Shown here piece after piece: positions 7,209 to 16,075 of a stretch of 40,387 bases of DNA. Under the pieces are notes generated by a model, which was given only the letters and a program-made list of their open reading frames with translations, was not told where the DNA came from and did no database searches. The translations under genes were made by a program, and so were the position numbers. Each line of letters begins with the position of its first letter. The stretch's first letter is position 1. Location of the stretch: contig CAYWTJ010000001.1 in the NCBI GenBank assembly GCA_964460225.1, positions 1-40,387 on the forward strand, written 5' to 3'. This DNA comes from an uncultured Planctomycetaceae bacterium. Lineage in GTDB: Bacteria; Planctomycetota; SZUA-567.

Positions 7209-9491
7209 ATGACACCTGATTTCTTTGAAAACGAAGTTCGCAGAATAGCACGTTTGAAGTGGCCTTCTGCTGCAACGTCTGGCGGTGCGGAAATGATTGA
7301 TCGGCGAGAACGTGATGGAATTTTCATTACGGAGGAGTGTGTTCATCTAATTGAATGCACAACATCACAAAAGAAGGAAAAAGCCTCTGAAGACATAAAA
7401 AAGCTTTTCGATCTTTCAAAAAAATATAAAATTTCACATCCAGTACATGCCGTGAAGTGTTGGTTTGTAACAAAGAATGAACCCACTGCGGATCAAAGAG
7501 CGTGTCTAAAAGAGTGGAAGATTCCCGACAATATCGTCAGGGTGCTTTCATTTTCAACACTTCAAGCAACTCTTGTGGATTCAAGGTCATACCTTCAAGG
7601 CAGAATGCTCCATAAATTCGGAAGTGCCACTAATCTAAAGAATCAAACAAATAACTCAAATGAAATAGAATATATCCCTGTTGCACTTAGGATTCAAGAT
7701 GAAGAGTCAGCAAAAACAGTAGCTGAACTTTCTGACTACATTGCAGGTGGAAGACGCTTTGTGTTTCTGGGGGAATATGGTGTAGGGAAAAGCGTGACTC
7801 TTTTCGAAATATTCAAGGTTCTGAAGAACCAGCACGAGCAAGGAAAAACCTCACATTTTCCCATATACATCAATTTACGTGAACATCAGGGGCAAACAGA
7901 GCCAGCTGAGATTATTGAACGGCATGCTCGAAATATCGGATTTGACTCGCCGAGCCAACTAGTCCGAGCATGGAAAGCGGGATATGTAATACTGCTACTT
8001 GATGGCTTCGACGAGGTGTCTTCCGTTGGACTAACGGGCGCATGGAGAAGACTACGAGATGCTAGAATTACCAGTTTGCGAGGGGTTTTTAATCTTGTTG
8101 AAGGGACACCCGCCGAGTGCGGCATTGCCATCGCCGGGCGGGAAAATTTTTTTGATTCGCCCGATGAGCGCAGTAAGGCAATGGGAATTACTCCTCAGTG
8201 GAAAAAAGTCCACTTGGATGGATTCGGCGACGAACAGATACAACAGCTTATGATGGCATTTGATATCAACGTGGAAATTCCCGCTTGGTTTCCATCCCGT
8301 CCGCTTCTTTTAAGTACTCTTTTTGCCTCTATGATTCATTCAGGGGCAGCAATTGATTTTACGCATTTAAATAGTCCAGCACTGGGATGGGATTATTTGC
8401 TAGATAAAATAACGGAACGTGAGGCAAAAATTGAAGCGGGTGTTACTGGAGATAATATTCGCAATATTCTCGAATTATTAGCAACAATTGCAAGGCGAAT
8501 GGAAGGTGGCCTTGGTCCCTTCTCCTCCACGGACATAGTTCATGCATTTGAACGGGTGTGCGGATATACACCTTCAGACCAAGCACTAATTGTTCTGCAG
8601 CGTCTTCCCGGACTTGGGCGGGGTGAAGGTGCTGTGGAAAGTGAACGTACTTTTATTGACAAAGAATTTGCGGATGCCTGTCGTGCCGGTGATGTTGTAA
8701 GATTTTGCATCGATCCATATGGCGATTCTATTGAGCAATTTTCAGGCACTCAAATTCCGCTCGGCGAAATTGGTGCAACTATAGCTGCACATAAGTTATC
8801 TTCAAACGGCTTTAATGCTGGTCAGTTGCTTGCAGCTATTCACGCTTCCGACAAAATTGATGACCCTGGGGTAATTCCATCCGATTTGTTTCATTTGGCA
8901 ACTGAAATGCGAATAGACGTGAAATACTCACTAAATATTCGAAGTGTCTCATATGAACGGATGACAATGGACGCTATCGAAATGGATCTATCAAATTGCC
9001 ATTTTTCTGAGTGTATTATTGAAAATTTGGAGCTGCCACCAGACTTCCCGGTCGGTTTTTGCCCATCTTTTGATGATTGCCTGATTTCAACGGTAATAGG
9101 TCGAACAGGCACAAGCGATATTTCAAATGAGAAGTTTCGAAATTGTGAGATCGGAAAATTTACTGGAAATATAGATACAGTAGATGCGACTATGGCACTT
9201 CCTATTCCGGTTGGAACAAGAGTTGTCCTCACAATATTGCGAAAACTATTCGTTCAGAGTCTCAGTGGAAGAAAGGAAAATGCTCTTTATCGAGGGCTGG
9301 ATTCGGAATCACAGCAATATGTTCCTTCTGCCATTAGTTTACTCTCACAAAAAGGTTTGATCTTTGTGAGCAGCAGGAGCAGTGAACGTATATGGCTACC
9401 GGTTCGAAAAATGCGGGAGCGTGCATTGGCAATTATATCATCCCCATCGACTTCATCGGATAGCGTTATTCTGGAGAGTAAAAAAATGTAG
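7209..9491 (+). CDS. NACHT-type STAND P-loop NTPase with an N-terminal Mrr-like (restriction-endonuclease fold) domain and a C-terminal helical/repeat region. This is an NLR/Avs-like antiphage defence candidate.
   Basis: Walker A FLGEYGVGKSVT. Walker B with the NACHT double-acidic signature VILLLDGFDEV. N-terminal 150 aa FENEVRRIARL..RDGIFITEE..HLIECTTS..KCWFVTKNEPTADQ matches the Mrr catalytic-domain layout (FE..lv, D-G-I, h-h-(E/Q)-C-(K), hhhTT..Ft..A). C-terminus has pentapeptide-like DLSNC HFSEC IIENL repeats. It lies in a markedly AT-richer tract than its flanks. Confidence 0.75.
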   Translation: MTPDFFENEVRRIARLKWPSAATSGGAEMIDRRERDGIFITEECVHLIECTTSQKKEKASEDIKKLFDLSKKYKISHPVHAVKCWFVTKNEPTADQRACLKEWKIPDNIVRVLSFSTLQATLVDSRSYLQGRMLHKFGSATNLKNQTNNSNEIEYIPVALRIQDEESAKTVAELSDYIAGGRRFVFLGEYGVGKSVTLFEIFKVLKNQHEQGKTSHFPIYINLREHQGQTEPAEIIERHARNIGFDSPSQLVRAWKAGYVILLLDGFDEVSSVGLTGAWRRLRDARITSLRGVFNLVEGTPAECGIAIAGRENFFDSPDERSKAMGITPQWKKVHLDGFGDEQIQQLMMAFDINVEIPAWFPSRPLLLSTLFASMIHSGAAIDFTHLNSPALGWDYLLDKITEREAKIEAGVTGDNIRNILELLATIARRMEGGLGPFSSTDIVHAFERVCGYTPSDQALIVLQRLPGLGRGEGAVESERTFIDKEFADACRAGDVVRFCIDPYGDSIEQFSGTQIPLGEIGATIAAHKLSSNGFNAGQLLAAIHASDKIDDPGVIPSDLFHLATEMRIDVKYSLNIRSVSYERMTMDAIEMDLSNCHFSECIIENLELPPDFPVGFCPSFDDCLISTVIGRTGTSDISNEKFRNCEIGKFTGNIDTVDATMALPIPVGTRVVLTILRKLFVQSLSGRKENALYRGLDSESQQYVPSAISLLSQKGLIFVSSRSSERIWLPVRKMRERALAIISSPSTSSDSVILESKKM

Positions 9492-9543
9492 TGCGGGGCT
9501 TGTCTACGTGCATACCGCAATCTGAACTTATGAAGTATTAGAA

Positions 9544-9570
9544 CAAGGGGCCGCATTACGCGGCCCCTTG
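9544..9570. terminator. bidirectional terminator hairpin between convergent genes
   Basis: CAAGGGGCCGCattacGCGGCCCCTTG. A perfect 11-bp stem with a 5-nt loop. Confidence 0.55.
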
Positions 9571-9607
9571 AAGTCTCCTCCCGATCTGGTTGAAGTGATG
9601 GAGCCAG

Positions 9608-10114
9608 TTAAACCGTTTTGCTGGTGTCGAAGCCCAGTTCACTCGCCAACCGCAGGAACTCACGGCGTGTAACCACCTCCCGCCCCATCCCAAACGGCGC
9701 AGGAATTGTTTTGAGTTTGCCCGCAGCAATCCGAGCCTTGACCGAATCCAAGGTTAAATCCAACGCCACGGCAACCATGTCGAGCGTGTAGGATTCAACC
9801 GACCGCAGGGTTCCTTTCGGCAGTTCCCGTGGTTCCCGCATTTCGATTTGCAGAACCCTTTTGACCTCAGAAGGTGGAACATACGCACCCGAAGCAGGAA
9901 CCGAAGCCGAAGTGCTGGCGGGACTGAGCAATTGCAGCCCATAGGATTCAACCGCCCCTACGACAGACAACGGGGCAAGCAGTTCAGCCGCTTCGTCCAG
10001 CGTGTAAACTGCATACTGCCCGTCTCTGCTTGCCGTAACCGTTACCGGCAGGACAAGGGGTTTTCTTCCGCCGACCGCTTTGGGGGAAGAGGTAGAACGT
10101 GTTGCTGTAGCCAT
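9608..10114 (-). CDS. hypothetical protein (mobile-element associated)
   Basis: AAGGAG lies 7 nt upstream of the ATG. No recognisable domain. It is the first gene of the minus-strand phage-like module. Confidence 0.6.
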   Translation of the reverse strand: MATATRSTSSPKAVGGRKPLVLPVTVTASRDGQYAVYTLDEAAELLAPLSVVGAVESYGLQLLSPASTSASVPASGAYVPPSEVKRVLQIEMREPRELPKGTLRSVESYTLDMVAVALDLTLDSVKARIAAGKLKTIPAPFGMGREVVTRREFLRLASELGFDTSKTV

Positions 10115-10253
10115 AGTAGAACTCCTTCTTGTTGTTGCGGCTGGTTGATTTCCAGCCCGCAGGGTGATGAAGAAAAAGGGAGCAGTGAACGATCAAGGAG
10201 AATAACGGGTAGTCAGTCCGCAGTTCATTCGTCCATCGCCCCCAACGATATTG

Positions 10254-11888
10254 TTAAACCGCAGCCGCCCGCATTGCCAGCAAGTTCTGTTCAACCATTT
10301 TTACCGCCTGTTCGTGCTGGGTGATGTTTGCGGATTGGTCGCAGGAAAGAACAGAAATACGGCGAGCATCCAACCAGTTCTTCCGAATCCGGCAGGCTGT
10401 GGTGAAGAAGCCGATATAGCCGGGGAACCATTCAACGCTGAGTTTGGTTCCCTCATTTGTCGTCGCTTTGCCCCGATATGCCGCCCGTAGCGTACTGGTA
10501 GCTTCATCTGCGGTGTAATCTGGTTTGCCTTCGACCTTTTCGCAAGCGGTTTGATATTGCAGCATGAACGGTTCGGCTTCTTCCAGCGTTAAACCGATCT
10601 CCCGCAGGCGGGATGCAAGTTCTTGCCCTGTGCTGATTCTTCCCGCCAGTGAAGCGTCATAAATCGCCCTGCGGGTGTTGTACTCTGGTTCGTCACCAGC
10701 AGTGTTGACCCAGCAAATGACTTCTTCGCCAGTTTGGTCAACCCGCCGTAGCTTCCAGACCTCGCCAAAAGGTGATTCCGGCATAGTTCCTGCTCCGTAA
10801 TTATCAGCACGGGGCGGAAGGTCTTTCTTTGATACGGCTTCATTTGGGTCGCGCTTTGCGCGACCAACCGAAGCGTCCGATTCAGCCGAAGATTTCTTTT
10901 CTGCGTTCCTTGTCCGTGCAGCCTCTATTTCTGTTTTCCGCTTCGCCTCAAGGTAATCAGGAAGTTTCTCCTGCTTCGCCGCTTCGTATTCTTCTTCCAA
11001 CCCCAAAGCCTTCACGATGGCGTTAAACCCGCAGCCTTGGCTCTGGCATTTCATCCAGCAGTCGCCGTTCTCGTAAACCGTGATGGAAAGGCTTGGGTCG
11101 CTGTCATCGTGAGCGGGGCATTGCGCCATATACTTCCCGCCCCCGGCGTGTTTAATCCGCAGCCCCTTCCGGTTCAATGCAGCCTCTACGTCATCCCATT
11201 TCAATCTGGGCATGAGTTTGTACTCCGGGTCGTCAATTCCTGCCCCGGTGCTGGTCATGCTTTCGGTTAGTTCGATCTCGACCGCCTGTTGAATGGCGTT
11301 GGATAAATCAAGGTTTGCCCCGAGTTCATCCCGCCCGTGTTTGATCGCCGCAGAGTAAAGTTCGGAAATATCTTTGTAGGGCGGTTGTTTGATCGCCTTC
11401 ACCTTGCCGGTGTAACCGAGGCTGGTCAAATGCGCTTTCACCCGAGCCGGGAATTCTTTCCCCGCTTTATCGGGTTCTTGCCATACATATACGGCAGGGA
11501 ATTCGGCTACATCCTCCAGCGTCAGGCAATTGGTGTTGCTCGCCCCCGGCAGCCCGAGGCAGGGATAACCCGCCATCCATGCAGCCCAGCAATCGCTTTC
11601 CCCTTCTACGATCAGAAGGGTGTCGGCGCAGGCAGGCCACTCGGCTTTCACTTTGTCGATTATCCAGCGTCCGTATGGTTGGGTGGTTGAATCTTTCTTC
11701 CAGCGGAAGCGGTCATTGCCGGTTAAATTCAAACGGTAGCGGATGGATTCCGTGTTGCCCTCTTTGTCGAGGTAGGGGATTTCAACGGCGGTTTGCCCAT
11801 AGGCAGTTGTGTCGGTCAAACCAAGCGAAGAAAGATAATCCGTGGTGAGGTTTTTGGCTTCCGCCAGTTCAGCAAGTGTACAGCTCAT
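10254..11888 (-). CDS. phage/plasmid-type DNA primase-like protein (Toprim-like acidic motifs plus CHC2 zinc finger)
   Basis: LLIVEGESDCWAA (Toprim-like E-G-x-x-D) and VWQEPDKAG (DxD-like). CHC2 zinc finger CPAHDDSDPSLSI...CWMKCQSQGCGFNAIV (primase zf-CHC2 pattern). AGGAGC RBS. Confidence 0.7.
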   Translation of the reverse strand: MSCTLAELAEAKNLTTDYLSSLGLTDTTAYGQTAVEIPYLDKEGNTESIRYRLNLTGNDRFRWKKDSTTQPYGRWIIDKVKAEWPACADTLLIVEGESDCWAAWMAGYPCLGLPGASNTNCLTLEDVAEFPAVYVWQEPDKAGKEFPARVKAHLTSLGYTGKVKAIKQPPYKDISELYSAAIKHGRDELGANLDLSNAIQQAVEIELTESMTSTGAGIDDPEYKLMPRLKWDDVEAALNRKGLRIKHAGGGKYMAQCPAHDDSDPSLSITVYENGDCWMKCQSQGCGFNAIVKALGLEEEYEAAKQEKLPDYLEAKRKTEIEAARTRNAEKKSSAESDASVGRAKRDPNEAVSKKDLPPRADNYGAGTMPESPFGEVWKLRRVDQTGEEVICWVNTAGDEPEYNTRRAIYDASLAGRISTGQELASRLREIGLTLEEAEPFMLQYQTACEKVEGKPDYTADEATSTLRAAYRGKATTNEGTKLSVEWFPGYIGFFTTACRIRKNWLDARRISVLSCDQSANITQHEQAVKMVEQNLLAMRAAAV

Positions 11889-12143
11889 TTTTTGCTCCTA
11901 TTGTCCCGCATCGGTTGAATGCGGATGAAACGGTTGATCTGGTTTGCGTCCGCTGTCATTAGCGGAAGAAGCGCAAGCGTGATCGTTTTCCGCCTGCCGG
12001 TCTGCTCCAGTTGAACCGCTGGTTTGCAGGGCAGGGTCTTGCCGTTTCATTCACCAATAGGCGCAGTTCGCAAAATGAACCGCTGAGGCGTGAATGGGTG
12101 TTCCAACCTTCCTTTGGAAGGAATGCTTGTTGTTCCTCGGGTG

Positions 12144-12440
12144 TTACTGCTCCCGTTTGATTGCTGCGGAAGCCTCGGTCAGCGCTTCATCGAGGGTTGA
12201 AAAAGTTCCGCCGTGGAACTTGCGTTGCGGTTCTTCGTGAACAAACATCAGGCAGTAATCAAACCCCTCCCGTTTGTCTGCGTCCGTGGTGGGGCGGTGT
12301 TTGAAAACCGTAGCCCAGCCTCCTTTGAATCCTCGCTTTGCCCCTCCTGACTTTGTCGCCTTCCAGCGTTCCCCCATACCGTCAGTCAGCGGTTTTGGGC
12401 GTTCAGCGTTGAATCGCTGAAGATGTTCTAGTGTTCCCAT
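12144..12440 (-). CDS. small hypothetical protein (98 aa), mobile-element associated
   Basis: Internal ATG of track ORF 12144..12644, with AAGGAG 8 nt upstream. No recognisable domain. Confidence 0.45.
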   Translation of the reverse strand: MGTLEHLQRFNAERPKPLTDGMGERWKATKSGGAKRGFKGGWATVFKHRPTTDADKREGFDYCLMFVHEEPQRKFHGGTFSTLDEALTEASAAIKREQ

Positions 12441-12640
12441 GATCAATTTCTCCTTCTTCTGGTGATTACAGTCCTGCCCACATAGCAGGGCGTTGAATTT
12501 TCTTCCGCCTTCTCTTCCCTCCGGCGTTCGGAAGGAGGAGGCAGCGGTTTGTTTTCTGGTTAGCCTCTGTTTGCACTCCTCTTCGGGCTTCCCGTTTGTT
12601 TGCGGCTTCGCCGCGAACAAACAGCCAAGAAAGGAAGCAA

Positions 12641-12844
12641 TCAATCGAACAGTTCGCTTTCTGGTTTGCCCAGCAATGCACTCAGCCGCTGGCGGTTCTT
12701 CTGGCTGACCGCCATCCGCCCGTTAATCAAAGCCGATAGCGTCTGCGGTGCCATGCCCAGAGCCTTGGCAATGTCTGCCCGGCTCCTCATGGTCGCATCA
12801 ATCGCCGAGGCGAGTTTTATGTTCATCAGCCGTTCGATTTTCAT
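12641..12844 (-). CDS. XRE-family helix-turn-helix protein (Cro/CI-like)
   Basis: 67 aa. ...ADIAKALGMAPQTLSALINGRMAVSQKN is an HTH_XRE signature. Its ATG overlaps the upstream recombinase stop (ATGA), which suggests translational coupling. Confidence 0.65.
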   Translation of the reverse strand: MKIERLMNIKLASAIDATMRSRADIAKALGMAPQTLSALINGRMAVSQKNRQRLSALLGKPESELFD

Positions 12845-13551
12845 TTCCTTCCCTCCCGGTTCGTTCCCTCTGTATATGGCATCGCATCCCGGATGATACT
12901 GAACATCATCTGTTGTTGATTCGCCGGGTCGAGCAAGCCCTCGGTTACGCTGTGAACCCGAACCTTGTGTTTGCGAAGAAGCGTGGGAATCCAGTTAATC
13001 AGAACCGAGAGAAATTTCGGTCGGGCAATGCGGGTCATATCCCGGCAAAGAAGAAGATCAACCTCGCCCCCTTCCACCCGCTTGCAGACCTCGCCGAAGC
13101 CGGGGCGGGTCTTCTGCCGCATCTTGGCAATATAGGCTTGCGTTTCTTCGTCAGAATCGAATACTTTCTCATAGCCAGCAGGTGGGCAGCGTCCGGAAAT
13201 TCCTTCATCGGTGAAGGTGCCGACGATCTTGTAGCCGCAGGATTTTGCCAGCCCTTCGCAGGCGGCAATCTGCTCGGATACGGAAAGGGATTGGTCTTCG
13301 CTTTTGCGGTCATCCGATGATTTTCTGGCGTAAATGATCGCTCTGAGGGCTGTTTTTGCCTCTTTCTTCAAGCTTCGGCTGGAAGAAAAAGTTTCGATTG
13401 GGGAAGGGGAAGTTCCGCCGCTCGCGGCGGAACTTAAATCCCGGTTCCTTTTCAATGATTCGGCGGAACTTGAAGGCTGCCCCCTGCTCGAAGAAGTGCT
13501 GGAACTTGCAAGAACGGGTGAAACAGGGGCTGTTTTTGGCTCTTTTCTCAT
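12841..13551 (-). CDS. small serine recombinase (resolvase/invertase catalytic domain) with a Ser/Thr/Pro-rich N-terminal extension
   Basis: RAIIYARKSSDD...SLSVSEQ catalytic serine motif (the YAR.SsddQ pattern of serine recombinases). There is no C-terminal HTH in this ORF; the HTH is supplied by the overlapping downstream ORF. Confidence 0.7.
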   Translation of the reverse strand: MRKEPKTAPVSPVLASSSTSSSRGQPSSSAESLKRNRDLSSAASGGTSPSPIETFSSSRSLKKEAKTALRAIIYARKSSDDRKSEDQSLSVSEQIAACEGLAKSCGYKIVGTFTDEGISGRCPPAGYEKVFDSDEETQAYIAKMRQKTRPGFGEVCKRVEGGEVDLLLCRDMTRIARPKFLSVLINWIPTLLRKHKVRVHSVTEGLLDPANQQQMMFSIIRDAMPYTEGTNREGRK

Positions 13552-13799
13552 CGCTTTTCTCCATGTAACGCTCTGACAATTCGAATGTTAAAGGAGCGTA
13601 GCATATTTTGCAAGTGTTCTCTTGGCGCGGGGTTGGGGCGCGTAGCTCCATGCGGTGAATAGTACTTATAAGCCTAAAATCAAGTTGTTTCCGCCGTTTC
13701 GTGCGGTTGAATTTAATGCGATTCGGCGATAGCGGAAAATGGCTCTGGATGGGCCTGCAAGGTGACGGTGCAGCCGGTCCTATACCTGCGGTACCCAGT

Positions 13800-13840
13800 C
13801 AAAAAAAATCCCCCGCGATACCTGATCGTATTCGGGGGAA
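13800..13840 (-). terminator. rho-independent terminator (minus strand) downstream of the secreted protein gene
   Basis: The plus strand shows A8 followed by TCCCCCGCGATAC-ctga-TCGTATTCGGGGGA. On the minus strand this is a GC hairpin followed by T8. Confidence 0.55.
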
Positions 13841-13872
13841 GGTTGTCATCGCATTCGAAACCGCAGAACCGT

Positions 13873-14574
13873 CTACTTCTTGGCGGTGGTATTTGCTGAT
13901 ATGGTGAACTCGAGCTTGATTTCGGAGAGATCCACCAGATCCTGGCTGTCAAGGCAGATCTGGAAGGCCGTGGCCTTGGGCCGCAGGTCTTTGAAGGAAA
14001 ACCGCATTCCCTCGGCTTTCAGGGTCAGAGACAGGTTGCCCTTGGAAATGGTCAAGGACTTGGCGCTCGCAGGCAATTCCAGTTCCTTGTCGCTCTTTTC
14101 CTCCGGAATTTGAAGTTTTGTTTTCCCATCAACCAGTATGGAACCGCCGGCAAAATCAGCCGAGGCGATGGGGAAGGTGAAAAAGATGCGCTCAAAGGAT
14201 ACCTTGCCCTCGTCCACCGGCGTCAGCAGATAACTGACCGTCATTTCCGTTTCACCACCGCTGTTTTTGGTGATCACTGCCTTTTCCGTCATGTTCATTT
14301 TCGGATTGGTTTTGTACAAAGCAGTGACATTATTGCCTTCGCTCTTGATGTCCGCCAGACAATAGTCCTGAGCCGCCCAGCCGCCATTGGGCTTTAGGAT
14401 AAGGTTATTGGCGCCCCACGTAGCCGTGCTATCGGCCCGCAGCACACCCGGTATTTCCACCAATCCCCGGTTGTCGAGCTTGATCTCTGCGGCACGGAGC
14501 CCCTCCATCATGCCCCCGAAAATCGCACAAAAGGCGATAAACAACATCCCGCTCACACAGACATTGCGATTCAT
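13873..14574 (-). CDS. secreted hypothetical protein (signal peptide)
   Basis: AGGAGA RBS. N-terminus MNRNVCVSGMLFIAFCAIFGG is signal-peptide-like. No recognisable domain. Confidence 0.6.
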   Translation of the reverse strand: MNRNVCVSGMLFIAFCAIFGGMMEGLRAAEIKLDNRGLVEIPGVLRADSTATWGANNLILKPNGGWAAQDYCLADIKSEGNNVTALYKTNPKMNMTEKAVITKNSGGETEMTVSYLLTPVDEGKVSFERIFFTFPIASADFAGGSILVDGKTKLQIPEEKSDKELELPASAKSLTISKGNLSLTLKAEGMRFSFKDLRPKATAFQICLDSQDLVDLSEIKLEFTISANTTAKK

Positions 14575-14780
14575 ACTTTCTCCTGAAATTCCGTGTTTAA
14601 AATTACGCTCTACGAAATATGCCTTTTTATCTCTATAAAACCATATCGCAACAATTGCAATGTTTCATGCGCACGCATCAAGAAGGGTCGCCCGGTTGTT
14701 GACCTGCGCGCCCGTTCTCCCGCGCCGTTTCACCGCAAAACCAGCATCGTGCCCGAATCCGCCCCGCAACCATGATCGGA

Positions 14781-15542
14781 TCATTGCGCATTCCAGTTTC
14801 CGGCGGCATTTTTTCCGGAATTGGGCAACGAGCCGAAGTTACAGCTTACCGCATGACCGTCAAAAAATCCGACATTCAGACGGGCCCCATTGCCGTGGCG
14901 GGGAGGAATGTTGTAGGTCAGCATCCACATCGGCGTGCCCGACCACGTATACAAAACCCGGGCCGCAACGGGTTGATCGCCGCCGCCATCTCCGAGCATA
15001 TCCATCAGCATGAAGGTATTGGCCGGCCGAATGACCTTCCCGACGGGTATGCCGGAACAATTCAGGTTGAACGCAATCGCCATTTTGCAGTTCCCGCGGA
15101 ACCCCGCTTCGCTCATGCTCGCCATGTCCTGCGGCGAAACCCGCGGGCAGGCAAACACGCCCAGAGGATACCGGACACTTACGCCACCGACGCTGACGCT
15201 CTGGGCATAGGATGTGGTGATCGTTTTTCCGGGAAAGTGATAGGGCATCAAATAATTCTGCCAAAAATAGAAGGACTGCATGTTGGTGAAGGTGGTCACC
15301 GGCATCTGCGTAAAATGCGTAATCGCGGGCGGAACCTTATTGTTGTATTCTCCCGAATAAGCCGATTGCATGGTCGCAATTTGCCGGAAATGATTAATGC
15401 ATTGAATGTCCTTGGCGGAACTGGCCGCACGTTGGAGTGCCGGGAGCAGCAACGCCGCCAGAATGGCGATGATCGCGATCACAATTAGCATCTCGATCAG
15501 CGTAAAATGCCTCAGATTTGCCCGGATTCTTTCCATGAGCAT
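14781..15542 (-). CDS. prepilin-type N-terminal cleavage/methylation domain protein with a C-terminal H-X9-DG motif (DUF1559 family)
   Basis: FTLIEMLIVIAIIAILAALLLPAL is the class III signal peptide/N-methylation motif. C-terminal HGNGARLNVGFFDGHA is H-X9-DG. GAGGGGGGG RBS. Confidence 0.85.
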   Translation of the reverse strand: MLMERIRANLRHFTLIEMLIVIAIIAILAALLLPALQRAASSAKDIQCINHFRQIATMQSAYSGEYNNKVPPAITHFTQMPVTTFTNMQSFYFWQNYLMPYHFPGKTITTSYAQSVSVGGVSVRYPLGVFACPRVSPQDMASMSEAGFRGNCKMAIAFNLNCSGIPVGKVIRPANTFMLMDMLGDGGGDQPVAARVLYTWSGTPMWMLTYNIPPRHGNGARLNVGFFDGHAVSCNFGSLPNSGKNAAGNWNAQ

Positions 15543-16000
15543 CGTTTCCCCCCCTCTATCGCGGAAATGAATATGCGCGCCGCCCCTCCCCCCGCCCTAT
15601 GGCGCACAATCCCCTCCCCCGGATATTGTCTCGCGCCAATAACTATACCATCCGAAGTGATGGTATGCAATAATCTACCGAAATATATCTAACATAAACG
15701 GCACCGTCTATCCCGACAGGCGGAGCAGAATCGAGGGGAACCAGTACGCCTTACTTGTTGCTTGAATATTGCGAAACATCAAAACAGGCGTGTCTGTGTT
15801 GCGCCGCCCCCCCCAAAAAAACATGCATTTCGTAGACGGGGCAGCTTCAGAAAAGTGGGGATGTCCGCCGCATCCGCAGACGCCCTATTTCACGTAGATA
15901 TTCCAAATGGAATAGACATCGGCACATAATGGTCGGAAAAACAGGACAGGGTGTACGCTCGATTTGTCGATAAACACTCTGCGACATCAGGAGGAAAATC

Positions 16001-16075
16001 ATGCGTAGCGGTAGTTCTGCGCATAATCTCTCCAGAACGATTCGAATCTTGTCCTCTGCGGAAAAGTGGGAATGA
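16001..16075 (+). CDS. 24-codon leader ORF (MRSGSSAHNLSRTIRILSSAEKWE) translationally coupled to arsC
   Basis: AGGAGGaaaatcATG, the strongest RBS in the region. Its stop TGA overlaps the arsC ATG (gaATGAtg). arsC itself lacks a good RBS. Confidence 0.3.
   Translation: MRSGSSAHNLSRTIRILSSAEKWE

Larger units (their letters stand above)
9600..13560. mobile_element. phage/satellite-like mobile module (primase-like, XRE, serine recombinase, small proteins). It sits adjacent to the low-GC STAND defence gene. Ends are not defined.
   Basis: Gene content and a compositional shift relative to the flanking metabolic genes. No attachment repeats identified by eye. Confidence 0.4.

Noticed and set aside
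13310-13651. ORFs 13310..13651 (-) and 13334..13576 (+) over the recombinase 5' region
   Set aside because: Overlap the serine recombinase N-terminus in other frames or on the other strand. Low complexity (K/E/F/R-rich), no RBS.
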